A program made the translations under genes and the position numbers. Source: Glycera tridactyla (lineage: Eukaryota). From it: a stretch of DNA of 64,000 nt. The stretch lies in NCBI GenBank assembly GCA_965644265.1, contig OZ286474.1, positions 24,676,001-24,740,000 of the forward strand. The letters are read 5' to 3'. How positions within the stretch are numbered: the first letter of the stretch is position 1; every line of letters starts with the position of its first letter. The notes under the pieces are model-generated. The model ran no database searches. It saw only the letters and a list, made by a program, of their open reading frames with translations, and was not told where the DNA came from. Shown here piece by piece: positions 11,264-24,757 of this stretch.

Positions 11264-11404
11264 CAGTCAGACTTCTTCTAAGCAGTCAACCTTTGGGAGG
11301 GCAAAAGTGGCTGGTTAGGGCAGGTAAATCATACTGATGAGACTTCCAGTGGGAAATGAAACCAGCTGTCTGGGGCAGGTGGCTGCTTAGGACAGGTTAG
11401 ACTG
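11264..11404. mobile_element. Decayed CAGT-ended MITE
   Basis: cagtcagact...ggttagactg|ta with taagcag/ctgctta internal inverted motifs. Confidence 0.5.
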
Positions 11405-13996
11405 TATAATGGACCCCATGAGAAGGAGGTCTGCAATTTGTGATATCTGAATTGCACAACTGATGTGACGTAATAGCCTATCTTCTCGGTGAAAAGTCTG
11501 GATACGCACGCAAAAAGACCATGTTCATATTTCTGTCATGGCCTATTGCAATGTTGGGAATAGACACCAAAAATATGGGTTTTCAGACTTCACGGGGATA
11601 CAAATTCCAGACAGGAGTGCTCAGACAGGAAAATAAAGGAGATAACGGTTCAAAACTTGACTACAAACACAATGAGGCACGATAGCAAAAAAACGAAATA
11701 TATATCCTCACACAAAATCAACTCCAGTTGCTGAGAGATTACACTAAAGCCTTTCTCCAATCTTCAATCCAAACAACAATGTAATATAAGAGTCATCTAA
11801 GTACGATGTATATGACAGTTTGTAATTCACTATGCGCCTGTTTCAGTCAACCTATGTTGTGTAATATACACAGTACATGACAATTCAAGTGGGCACGACT
11901 AGACTGAAGCCATGCCTCCATGAATTTTGAGAGAAGGAAAATAAATACACATAAAAGGTGGCCATACTCCTGACGTCCTCTCTGTTGCCACACTTCAACG
12001 AAAAGTTCTCTTTCCCGGGCGTGCCCATCGAGGCTACAGCACGGATATACATACAGTCCTCATGTGCGGGGTGCCACAGTTGACATCAAATTAACGCTAG
12101 TATATAATATCCTAGACAAATCTCAATTAGAGCACATGACATCTGGATGAAATAAAGGGGTGTTGAGAAGAGTGTTCCAGTGAGGATTGACCGTTCTTAG
12201 CTGTATATACAGGTTCCTAAAAATAGACGAGCCAGGGACCCCTTGCACTGAAACATGGAAAGAAGCTGAGACTACCACATACTCGAAACACCATCAACTA
12301 CCGATAATGGAACACCAAGAATCGACATCAAACTTGAGTTCATTCCAACGAATATACTTCAAACATGAGCACATTAGCTGTCTTGAACTGGATTCAAATA
12401 CGTCCATCCTGCATAAGTTACATCAAATAACTTTATATAGAAGCCCATGGACTGTTTGGATCCGTACTATGACCATAGGATCATAGGATCGCAATGTGGC
12501 ACACTAAAACGCTACCAGCATGGTTACCATATCTAGCCCCTTCCTGTGCAGCTACATTCAAAGCTACCACAATGGCCACCTCTCTATTGAGGCAAGCCCC
12601 CTACAAAGACCAATTCAAATACATTTATCTACATATCGCTACAGCTGCTACCTATTTACATAAAGTCGAGATTTGAGGAACTGATGGTGACTTATTCTGC
12701 TTGGGATTCTCTTCACATGTTTGACATTTCCTTCTTCATGCATCGATCTATTCGGGCAACAGATGGGAGTTCTCAACACGGATGTGCTTGTTCCCTCAAT
12801 TTGTGAAGTTCCTTTTTTCATATGGTGAATGCTGCTTGCCATAGAATATTCTGGTTTTGGATCATGAAAATTGGACTGCAATCAGTGGTAGTCAGACACA
12901 GTGTATTCAGATGTTTTGAATATATGACATAAGTATATGCATTGAATATGGCCTCCAGGTAGAAACAAAAAAGTGTGCTTCCCATAATCGATTCTTTAAT
13001 CTAAAGATTGTGATTTGACCCACCAGTCTAAATTTTACGTTTCTATAGCATTCATAATACAAAAGAGAAACATCAGAATTATGCCAAGGATTTGTAATGC
13101 AATTCAAAATCTGATGATATTCCGAATAATTCTTAAGTCACTCAACAGACTAAAAAGCTGATGAACGTACCAATAATTGATCGAAGGGCTGCCTTTTCCA
13201 ACAGTATACAAAAAACACTCATGACACCACAACAACCTTGACAAGTTCCATCATCATCTCTTTACAACATATAGTTCATGGTGATTTGAAACCCTTATCA
13301 CACCTCCAGGCAATAAACTTGCCTGGTATTTGTAAGGACTCCTCTGGAAACCTGCAGTGGTTTTCACTGAGCCGACCTGGGGTTGACTACACCAAAGATG
13401 GGGTATACCTCGTACGTGACAATAAGTCAGGCACTTAGAGCACCAATACTTTGATCGAGTAACTCCTAATGAAGTACGGCTACATTTAGTGATCCACACA
13501 AATTATCTTCCGTGATTATTCACTTTTGAGGAGTCGTTACTTCGAAAATGGCTCGACAAGGGCTTTCGCATTCCACTGGTAGCGTCGCTTCTGATGAAAC
13601 CAAAACAGGATCTCACTTTCTTCAAGCACTTCCGCTTTCCTTGACACTAGTTTTGGATAAACACTTGGAAGGCCCCACTGGGTGTATACGTGATGTGACG
13701 GGGGCCCTACTGAACACTAGTATACATTGATGCCGGGGTCCCTGCTCACACACGAAACCGTTATATAGCAACATCACACACATAAGTATCACACGATATC
13801 GGCCGATTGCCACGGCAGCGACAGCGGCGGTGCAGTTCTCAAGTTTATGTACAAAATATATCTGATGAATGCGCAGGACGATGAAGACGAAGCATGAGAT
13901 GAGTGGGCGCCCGTCTAATGGCTGTAGACGGGTCACATGATGATCGATGATAGATGGTCCCTCCCCCTAGAATAAGCGGCAGCATGGCACAGACGT

Positions 13997-14090
13997 TTAG
14001 TATTGTAATGCTTGTTCCCCGTTCACCGTCCTGTTCGTTATTCGGCCGTTTTCTTCCACCGTCACTGTCTCCACTCCATTCTCTATAACT
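13997..14090 (-). CDS. DNAJB6: DNAJB6-like Hsp40, last coding exon
   Basis: ttgttttcag|A GTT...TAC TAA; VIENGVETVTVEENGRITNRTVNGEQALQY* aligns with the DNAJB6b C-terminus ([29 protein letters not shown]); phase-2 intron as in human. Confidence 0.93.
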
Positions 14091-14310
14091 CTGAAAACAA
14101 ACAAATGGTATTGTAATGTATTTGTAAAGTCGGGTGAGCTCGACTAGGAACCGGACTTTAAACCACTACATTTACATTTTTTAACGAAGAGTCCGGGAAA
14201 TCCAGGGAAGCACAACAAGCAATTACATGTCGTATAAATTTCAGGTGATACAGCTTGGATTCAAATGATTCACTATGGCATTGTTTTATTTTTTGAAGTC
14301 TAATGGTATG

Positions 14311-14520
14311 TTGATTGATTGATTGTTTGAGGTTTAACGGCATGTATCAACCCACAGGATTATTTATGCCGTGTGTTCCTGCTCAATGAAAGCTAGATGT
14401 TCTCTCCCCTGCAGACATCACTCTCACAAACCCTGAACACAAGATGATGGGGAACCTGAAAGGTTGTCAAGTGGAAGTAGCTGACAGTTCAAACACACCT
14501 CTACCTACTCTACAGAAGGA
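14311..14520 (-). repeat. Dispersed SINE-like repeat with (CAAT)n tail; other fragments at 9982-10019, 39614-39705 and (opposite strand) 60130-60175
   Basis: Shared blocks gttcagggtttgtgagagtgatg, atcc.tgggttgat.catg.c.ttaa and tail gccgttaaacctcaaacaatcaatcaatc; 5' block gaggtgtgt.tgaactgtcagctacttcc recurs at 60131. Confidence 0.55.
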
Positions 14521-15083
14521 AATGCAATTAATTATTTCATGGCAATTATGTCATCAACAAGTGTTCCCTTCTTAGAACAGAATATATCTTTATTTAAGAT
14601 CATCATAACAAAGTTACAACTCTCCAACTTGTATTCCTATATAGGCTGCAGGGTGTTCCTGAACGAAGGAAGGTCATGGGCCCTTTGGGTACATCAATGC
14701 TGTTTCCACGTGCTATTTTTGACTTTTGTGATGCCCAAACCATGTATGCTGGAGATCGAGGTTCATAATCTAAAATCCTAAAAGATCCATAGAATGCTGT
14801 TCTCTGGCCTATGCAGGGATTGCTGCATTTGTGTTCAAATACATGAAAATCTACAGATTTTAAGAACAATCACATCCCTGATACATATGAAGAATAGTCA
14901 TGATCATTTTCAGCCGACCCATTAGAAAAATCTAGCTGCTCTGGACAGGTGGGCCATGGGAGCTACCTCTCTTCCCCATAGTTTCAAACATTCATCTGTC
15001 AAAACTTACAGATCACTGACTGAAAACACTGCTATTATATATCTAACACAGTTTGAAGCATTTCTGGCATTCAAAATACTTAC

Positions 15084-15194
15084 TTTTTTGTTACTATTTT
15101 CTTGCCATTAACAAATTTGGTAGACGTAGATGTAGACCTAAAGTTACCGCCACTTACTGGGCCACTAAATGAGGAACTTGAGAATGACTGGAAA
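15084..15194 (-). CDS. DNAJB6: DNAJB6-like Hsp40, S/T-rich exon (penultimate)
   Basis: ttttgtttgcag|T TTC...AAA AA|gtaagt; FQSFSSSSFSGPVSGGNFRSTSTSTKFVNGKKIVTKK matches the DNAJB6 S/T-rich region ([22 protein letters not shown]). Confidence 0.94.
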
Positions 15195-18178
15195 CTGCAA
15201 ACAAAAAATATAACAATACAATATAAACTATATCTGTAACATGAATCACAACATGCTGGTACAGTACAAACAGGTGGGATATAACAAGTACATATACATC
15301 ACACACAGGTTGCTGGGTGATAGGTGACTTCATGGAGCCTATTGTCCCTTTTAGGACCATAGGGCCAGGGATATTCCTAGGCTATGGCCTTGTGCCCATT
15401 AAATGAACTTCATATATAACAGCCCTCTCGTCACGGTATGTTCTGTAAAAGAAAGCCTTGTTCTCCAATGCTCAGCAATGGAGAGCAAGATTATTTTTTT
15501 CAGTCAACAGACTGTGACTAGCAAATTCTTTCTCATGACCACTGCCAACCTCAAGGAATGATGGGGGTAATAATGATCACACGATCATTCCCTGAGTGGT
15601 TTGATCATTTCCAGAGGCAGTCAGGACTTTCTGAAGTCCCGCATTGGTCAAAGTAACAATCACCGCCATCTTGTTCTTTTCTCTCTCACTGGACTCCAAA
15701 TTTGATGCTGTTTATTTCATCTACCGGAGGTCGCCTCACATTTGATTCTTGTCCAGAATATTGTTCCTCAATTGTGTAGATAGTCATGGGAGAAATGCAA
15801 GAAGTGAAGACTGGGGATGATCAGGAAGTTTCAGCAACTGGGCACATTGTCTACTAGGGGCATAAAGTCTCTGGAATGTGCATTCTAGACACAACATTTT
15901 TTTCTCCATGAATATCTCAGCATGGGGTACATGTATACCAGGACATCTTGTCATTGTTTCACCCTTTGAACATGAAATCACTTCACATACAATTAAGTTT
16001 GTTATAAACACACAGAGAATTGATTAGTATGAAAGATGTCCTCCACATGTTGGGGAGAAACTAGAGTGGTTACAAGAAGGTCATGTCTATTTTAAGTGTG
16101 CCATCACCAGCAATTACTGGAACAATCACATAGATACAAAACATACGGATATAAGTCAACACAGCTGATTTTTTCTTGCTATCGAATAAATTCCCTCCTA
16201 AATTCCGGATTTGTTTGTGGTCATACAATTTTCAAAATGGGGTTGTGGATGTCGACCAGACCAAATTTCAAGCACTGCTTGACAGACCACTCTACAAAGG
16301 CCAGCTTACGAAAAAAAGGCCACCCAGAGCTGAGACCGTATAGAGGCCACTTTTTAATATGACCAAGGTGGTCTCTGTAGGCAGGTTTGACTGTACTGCT
16401 CAAAATCCAAATATTTTTCCATCGGAACATCATGCTAGAGGACTGATTGATCAAGAGCTGAGAATTTCACTTCTGATCATTTGGTGCATCAACCGATTGT
16501 TAGTCACAAATCAACCCCCTGAAATGAAGATAAACAGTAGATAACATTTCACATCAATATAATTATCACATCCTAATAGGGCTTGGAAAAATCCATGTTG
16601 GAGGAAAATAGGGCAGAACAGCAGAATTTGCTATTTTCATCATAAAAGGGAACATGCTGAACATAGCATCATAAGAGACCACAGAAAAAGTTTCGTAGCA
16701 GTAATGTAATTACCAATACATGATTCATATTTTTCCATATAAAACATGGCATAAGAGTACAGATTTTCCCCAGAATAAGCCATGAACAATTTAAACGAAA
16801 TCTCAGAATCATATCCTTGAAATATCAATATATTGTATCTATGTTTGTTACATTACGAGATTAAATAAAGGCTACTGAATTGAATTGAATTGAATATTTT
16901 CTATTCTATTCTTTGATGAGTTGAGATGTTTTAGATCTGGATTTGATTCCTCTCAGAAAGGAATATTGATTGCAAATGAAACAGCTTCTCAAATTTTTAA
17001 ACTGATATTGCATATGTGTCGAAGAAATCAAGAAGATGCAAAATATCAACATGGATTTTTCCAGGTCCTGATTCTTACAGGAAACCACCTCCACTACAGG
17101 CCCAGCATGCATATCTACAGCAATCCAGCTTTGTAAGCGCACCTTGGTCTTCAAGAACTTCAAGCAACCGTTGCCATTCACCTGTACTGCTCAATATCCA
17201 CAATGACAAAGACACTGACATATTTGTTAATCAGCAGGACTTCCCACCAAGCACAGCTATGCCTATAGGATGCAGTAAATATTCTGAACACGGACCAGGG
17301 CTGGCACACCCTCCCTACCAGATATACGGAGCTACTCATATCATGCAATGCCCACAAGAATTCCATGTCATATCATCACACAATGACATTACTGTTATCG
17401 CCACAGAGATGACGAAAGAGTATGGATGTGCTCTGAAAGCTACTCTATTCTAAACTCACTTTGAGTTCGGAGAAATCTGTATTATTCAGAAAGCCTCTGT
17501 TCTTGATTTCTTAATTACAATTTTTCATCAAATTTATGGATTTTTGAGAATTTTTGGATTATCAACACCAGTTCATGCAGCAGATTAACTTAGGATAGAC
17601 CACAGGCCTTTAGAAACCTATCATTACAATATGACTGGTGGTCATCCCAGAAAGGTTTGACTGGTATTGCATTCGAAAATTACATGTGGCAGAAGATGCA
17701 GGTATTTTCCTCCAGGATACAAGATACCGCAGAATGATGTTCCAAAAAACCCTTTCCATAGAGAACCAGTCCTATAGTTCATTGCATGTACACAGTATAC
17801 AGATACTGACAGTATACATACTTGGCAGACACGTGTATGAGTCAAGCATGTACATGTACTGTAGACACGATTCACATGCTCACTCAATAGACATCATGCA
17901 ATATACGTCCGCTGACACACAACGTGGATCGGGAAAAATGTGGAAACTCCAATCACTGTATCGGTGAGTGTGTACATGTTTGACTGAAATCATTCTAATT
18001 TACAAGAATTCTGAAGCCAAAAAGCTTGCTTGTATCATTCCTGATTCAACCTGGGGTTTGAGGTAATGACCTTCCAATAGTGGTCAGAAACACCACCATG
18101 AATACAAATAAACACTCTCCTCTCAAATCAATCAACTTCACCAAAAAAAGAGACTAATCCAGTAATGAGTTGGTACTG

Positions 18179-18395
18179 CAGCGTTGGATATAAGGGGAGA
18201 TTGTGAGACATTTGTCTCACATTTGAGTGTAATGTCTCACATTTTGAAGAGTGGTGAGACAAATGTCTCACTTCAGTCCTAACCCCAGAGCAAACACTTG
18301 TAACATTCGTTCCATATTTGTGTAACTTGTCTCACATTTTGGATAGTGGTGAGACAAATGTCTCGCTTCAGCCATACCACAGAGCCAGCACTTGT
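18179..18395. repeat. ~93-bp direct duplication with gagacaaatgtctc palindromes; probable MITE fragment
   Basis: gtctcacattttg...agtggtgagacaaatgtctc.cttcag present twice (about 18233 and 18326); no partner TIR found for cagcgttggatata. Confidence 0.5.
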
Positions 18396-19106
18396 ACTGA
18401 ATTATATTCATGACTACCTTGAGGTGAGTTTTCTTTTTTTCACCCAAAATAATATGAGTTTCTGTGAACTGTGATTATGCTTTTGTAATGATTAACTAAT
18501 AAATGATTATACAGAATCTCAAAAGATGCATCTGTCTTTGGTACACAACGGATGGCCACCTTTGTTGAATATGTAATATTGAAATATGATATACACATCA
18601 TATTTCTCAAATATGCAAGCCACAATGCAGCTAATTCATTCTTCCATGCAATTACCAAATTCATATACATGTACAGTAATAGTAAGCCATGGATACAAAG
18701 TGAAATCATTTGTCAACTAGATAGAACTGCCCCTGAAATTTACACGATGAAAGCCACGTGATATTTCCAAATGGCAGTTCATCATGTGATGATTTTTTTT
18801 CAAAAACCATACATGCCAGCTTTTATGCCACGAACAACAGTAAGATATTCCAGGACAATGTGATATTACACACAATATTCCATGTGTTAATATCTAATGG
18901 ATCAAGTGGTAGAACTATCCATGATAAGAAGGGTTCAACATCAGAGAAGACCAAAAAGTTAGAAACATTACATGGGAAGCCTGGGGAAAAGATTACATCG
19001 ACATTGGCAGTAAATAAACATCAACTTGGCTCCCTCAAAACCGGACGCACAAGTCTAAAGAAAAAAATCTTTCAATTGCATTAAATACTGAAAAAAAATG
19101 ATGAAG

Positions 19107-19328
19107 CAGGGCTCTACGCTAACGTTTTTCTTCAGCTGTCCCCCGGGCAGGTGAAGTAGATTTTTTACCTGCCCTCCCTGTCATTTTCACCTGCCCTCCT
19201 GCATATAATCATAGCCCAAATAATGATTGGGTACCTGCCGATTGGGCAGGCAGATTGATATAATCACCTGCCCTAACAACAAATGCGCCTGCCTGTGCCA
19301 GTAGGGCAACCATTAGCGTAGAGCCCTG
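19107..19328. mobile_element. hAT-like MITE, CAGGGCTCTAC family, 5-bp TSD
   Basis: TIR cagggctctacgctaa...ttagcgtagagccctg; tgaag on both sides; internal cctgccc/gggcagg repeats. Confidence 0.87.
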
Positions 19329-20893
19329 TGAAGAGGGAGCATATAAGTCTCACTGGATCAATTAGTATCTTTTCAAGGAGATTTATGCATATAAGAAATA
19401 ATAATTTTACTTTCGGCAGAAACAGATAGAGTGTGTATGAATCATGCATGAAAAATACATTCACCACAGTACTCTTGTTTACGCATGGAAGACAAAAAAA
19501 TACATGGTGCATCATTCAAAAATTTGTAATAAATATCACACACAAGAATTTCTATGCTGTAAATATGTGAGTCACCTATACTTAAATAGAAAAAAAAACT
19601 TAGGTGATCATAATCGAAATGTGTTAGCCGTGAAGAACCCATGAAAACCCACAGCAGGAGGCTGTGTAGAAGCTATGAACCACGGTGATATAGAGGAAGC
19701 CATCCCACGCTACAACAATCTTACTTAGGAGACATACACTCCGGACTTGCTCCAGGAACCACCTGTATACAAAAGCCACCTGCCTACATTGACCACCTGA
19801 AGATATTATCATAATAGTGAATATACTATTTTGTATTCCTCTGCTTATTAAGGCCACTTTTTCTTGTGACTGAGGGTTGTGTTTGAAGACAGGTTTGACT
19901 GTACAGTGAAATCTGCAATATTTTCCAAACCTGAGTGAGAATGAAAATGGTCTCAAGAGGATGTGACTTTTTCACTGGGAGTATATTTGAAATAAGTCAA
20001 AGAGAGAGGTTTCCAAATGAAGGATGTTTTCAAAAACAGGTAGACTCCCATTCCATTGATATGGGGCTTCCACAATTGGGACTGGCTCAACAGGTGGTCT
20101 TTTCTCAGTGGTCTTCNNNNNNNNNNNNNNNNNNNNNNNNNNNNNNNNNNNNNNNNNNNNNNNNNNNNNNNNNNNNNNNNNNNNNNNNNNNNNNNNNNNN
20201 NNNNNNNNNNNNNNNNNNNNNNNNNNNNNNNNNNNNNNNNNNNNNNNNNNNNNNNNNNNNNNNNNNNNNNNNNNNNNNNNNNNNNNNNNNNNNNNNNNNN
20301 NNNNNNNNNNNNNNNNNNCTGATATCCCAGACTTTCTCTCCTAAGTTTGCTGAGAACTAGTTGTAATTTCCAGAGGACCCTAAATATGAAATCACTTGAC
20401 ATACATGAAGTGACTGGTGAAAGCATGCCTGCCTTAAGCCACCAATCAATCTATAGAGATTAGAATGTTCCACATTGATTCTTCATTACTGGCAATTGTA
20501 TTGAATATTCACAGAAAAATCCAACATCAGCAAAATGAGATGCTTAAGAAATTTCTTTTTTCTCAATGGCGATTGAAACTTCAGGATAATTACGCAAAAT
20601 CAAACAAAATTCTCGACCTCAGCTAGAGCGGTAAGAAATGTCAAGTCTGGGACAGGAAACTTAGGTAAACATTTAATCATGAAATCAGAACAAAAGACAA
20701 ACCCATCCCTACTTGCTGAATTGAAATAAGGAAAATCATAAGGGATCAGTCTGATTATGAAAGAAAAATTCCCATTGGGACTCAACAGTGGTAAATTTGG
20801 AAGAGATTTGCATTGTGCATCAAATAGAAATTTGATGAATGCAATGAGCATGCTCAATATGTGATGGACCAAAGCAAAGTGTGTCATCCTCGG

Positions 20894-21407
20894 TAGGGTG
20901 TTTCAAAAAACAGCTTTTTTTTTTATTTCACGGAGTCCAATTTTTTGGGCATGCACTATGACCTAAAAAACATGTTTGTGAAGTTTCGTGTGATTTCGCA
21001 AAGTTTTGGCCCCCCCCCCAAGACGTTTTTGTTTACGTCCCCCAACAATGACCCAGCTCTATATGAAAAAAGTCAAAATTGGGGTACAAAAAACTGATCT
21101 TTTCATATTGTTTTAGGTCAGTTAGACAGTGAAGGAATGATTTTAGCATATGGTTTCTCTTATAAAGTTTGTTCTACTCTGCCAGATCTTTAAAGTGAGC
21201 CCACTCCTGAGTCTCTACCCCAATTTTGACTTTTTTCATATAGAGCTGGGTCATCGTTGGGGGACGTAAACAAAAACGTCTTGGGGGGGGGACCAGAACT
21301 TTGCGAAATCACACGAAACTTTACAGACATGTTTTTTAGGTCATAGTGCATGCCCAAAAAATTGGACTCCGTGAAATTCAAAAAAAGCCGTTTTTTGAAA
21401 CACCCTA
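20894..21407. mobile_element. Foldback hAT-type MITE with ~190-bp TIRs and 8-bp TSD
   Basis: tagggtgtttcaaaaaa...ttttttgaaacacccta; arms about 20894-21085 and 21218-21407 are near-perfect inverted repeats; atcctcgg at 20886-20893 and 21408-21415. Confidence 0.92.
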
Positions 21408-24400
21408 ATCCTCGGCCAAGGAGCTGACGTGTCTACAGTTGATCTGTAAATCAGGATTATCCCCAAGTGAAAAATCTACAAATACGGTCTGTTTGGGCTT
21501 AACAGTAAATTTGTTAGAAAACTACTTGATTATGTGCTCATGCGAGGTCACTTTCTTCTCCAATTTTCAAAATCTTCTAAAGTTGAGGATATGAATATTC
21601 AATTCGTGGCTACATATCTTGGCCATCAACAATGATGTAGTTCCAAATTTACATAGCCTATTTGTTCTGGATGTCTTTCAAAAAGTTTCAAAAACCAGAA
21701 ATATGTGTTTGAGATACAGTGAAACCTGCAACCAGAGACCCCCTGATGAGAGACCACCTCTCACTTGGAGACCACTTTTTAGTGGCAGCATTTCTAATTG
21801 GCATAGTTGACTTTGAATATTATGCAAGCCCTTACATTGAGGGATTTCTGAGGTTTCATGGCACAAACACAGATTTCTATTGGTTATTGTTCAATTAAAT
21901 TGCCAAATGATGACCTGGAAAACAAAAGTTTCAGTTTATGATGAACTGATTAGTAAGTAACGCTAGGATGAGCACTGTAACAGGTTAATAATTTTTGTGA
22001 GTAAGCTTGTGATAGTCCGAGGGTATTCTTTGGTGTGCTCAAGCTTCCTTTCCCAGATGCTTAAATAAAAGATGGAAATGAAAAAAATCTCAAGAATGAA
22101 AGACCTTAAGAAGGCAATGATCAGTCACATGGCTGACCATTAATCTGTCATTCTAACTATCATTCAAATCAATCAATCACTCAATCAATCAATCAAGTCT
22201 TCCTACTCTATAACGACACAAATCTGAACCTGGGAAGACCCAGCAAGCTGCAGAAGCAATATAGCCCCACAGAAATACAGAATATACACCCAAAGACTGC
22301 CTCCATATGGTGACATTTACAATCTCTGTGACTTTAGTTCTGCTCCCAATTCATTGTTGAATCAACATTGGTGGGATAATCCAAAAGTTTTAATCCCTAT
22401 TCAGTTCCATTTTTGAATCAACAATGCTAGAAATTTCTTTCACCGAAGGATCTGAAAGATAAAGTTGAAGATTCTTATGGTAATTCCTCACAAAAATATG
22501 TGGGCCACAATATGGAGAAATGAGGATACAATTGGAGATATCATCAATATTTGGAGGCGGGTCAGGCACCACTCAGGAGAAAGGTTCAGAAAAGAAAGCT
22601 TGAGCATGTTCAGTAGTAGGGATGGATTAAACCCATGTAGCATATCTTGATGTGTCAGTTAATCCCGCCATCATGCAATGGCATCTAAGTGAGACCAGGA
22701 GCTGTCGCCATGACGATGATACAACAATCTACAATAGATGTACCACCCCCAAACATACAAACACCACACCCGCACACCATCTTCAACACAATGACATACA
22801 AGTACAAAATCCAGCACAACTTTTATAAAGCTTGATTCTCAGTGCCAGAACTTCAGATTTTCTAACAGGTGGTTCAGCCTATAAGGCCCATTAACTACAA
22901 TTGATTACACTTCCTTTGTGACCCTTGTTTTTTGCAATTCTATCTTTGAAAATGTGCGCAAGGCATGTTCTACAGAGTGAAAAATGTGCGCTGTCAATTT
23001 CCGCTACTGATGGTATATATGTACAACTGATAATCATATTGAATATCATCATAGCAAGAACTATGGAAAATGCTCTCATGCACTCATTAATTATGGCGAC
23101 ATAGTCTTCAAAGAAGTGTGCCGCCATTAGACACATGACCGTCGATTGTGACGTTGAGCAGCGTCGGTACACATCTTCAAACTACTAAGAAAGTTACCAG
23201 TGTCAAGGACTCTGCTAATGTGAGAATTCACGATCACATCAACAATGGAAGAGGCTTGTATTCAGAGCAACAAGGACTTTTCTTAATGTACGTGTAGGTA
23301 TAGTCTTTCTCAATATATTTTTGCGAGAGAAATCTGGGAAAATCTGAGGTCACAAAATAAGTGGGATTGACTGTACGAATATCATGGGTAACATCTCAAA
23401 ATGATAGGCCACCTCAGATTCATTCATGGTTCATAGAATGATGAAGCTAGGCCTGCAAACTCATAGGATATATTAGTGGATGAAAGCCGAAAAATGCAGG
23501 CCCTAGACCCACCACTAATCTGGAGATCTGCACTTCAACACTACAGTCTATCACTAATGCCATTTGTACACCATCTCATACTTTCCGATTTTTTTTTTCT
23601 CACTCTCGATGTCATGAACAGACTATAACATGACTTGTGTACCAAGGATGGACTGACATTGTATAGATCAGAGCAGGTGGGTAAATTTCATCTTTCCTAC
23701 AGATCTCCCAGCTTGTATGAGGTGACTCTGCTAATCTAGAGGCTAAAATTCCCTATGTATACTCCATATTTTGCAAAGTTTAGCAGCCAGAAATAGTAAA
23801 AAGGCAGAAAAAATTCAAACCTCTTATGGTAGACGGCCACCATAAGATATATAATGAAAGAACGTCTACAATACTATTTTCTATTCATTCTTCATTTGTT
23901 ACAAGTCAAATAAGTGAACCCTACAGAAGCAGGATTCTGCCCGAATAGATGGGAATTGCATCTACGGAGCGAGACAGGAACCAAAATTGATCCGAAAACA
24001 TCAGTCCTATGATAGGTGAGTACGGACTGCAGAGATTAGTGTTTTCCAAATTCTGTCAGCTCTCGGGCGAGGGAAGTAGCCCAAAACACGGAATGATTAA
24101 AGAAAACTCCAAATACTGTAATAATAGATGCAGTCTGAATTTTTCTCTTCATAATAGTATGTAACTATGGGGTACAATCCCGATTTTGGTGCATTTCTAA
24201 TGAATCAAGCGATAGAATGAACATATTCTAGGAGTACAAATTCATTTTACCAGAAAAATCAATCATGTGCATAAGTGCTATTCTACGCCATAGCTGAGGT
24301 CTCTCACTTCTAGCAATAAAACTTCTAATAACACAAAGAATATGATGGTGATTTGTAGTTGGATGCTAACTGAAACTCGTTGATCTACCATGAAGTTTTT

Positions 24401-24757
24401 CAGAGTATGTCTAAGTGTGAAGATGGTGTTGATGGGGGGACAACCAATGGGATCTCACGTGACCCGGGACCTGTCTCCAGACGTTGCGGGAAACTTCCGG
24501 AGGGAATAAATGCTTGGAGTTATTGCGATTTTCCAGAAAACCACACCAACTGGAAGCACTTAGTTCCCTCCTGAATATCAATCACCGCATTTCTGAGTCT
24601 CCAGCCTCTTTTGAGGGCGACTCGGAATTCTGGGAGACAGGAAGCGGGTCACATGAGCTGCCGGTGAGACCGTGATGGCAGCAGCGGCGGTGGGTGACCT
24701 GAGGCATGCTTGGCGAGCGAGCGAGCGATGATGATGATGGAGTATGTGTGTATTTAC

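Noticed and set aside
11600-13500. Short ORFs suggesting a retroelement or viral relic
   Set aside because: No recognisable motifs in any frame; the position fits DNAJB6 3' UTR or intergenic DNA.
13540-14169. CpG-rich block with TG...CA-like ends suggesting a solo LTR
   Set aside because: No TSD, PBS or PPT; the block is explained by the last DNAJB6 coding exon and its 3' UTR on the minus strand.
17016-17453. 145-aa plus-strand ORF and a minus-strand VNG/EVLEDQG-like segment as the DNAJB6 C-terminus
   Set aside because: The true C-terminal exons were found at 15084-15194 and 13997-14090; this ORF has no motif support.
23922-24015. Possible plus-strand nested exon (cag|AAG...GAT AG|gtgagt, one open frame)
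   Set aside because: No recognisable protein and no partner exons found.
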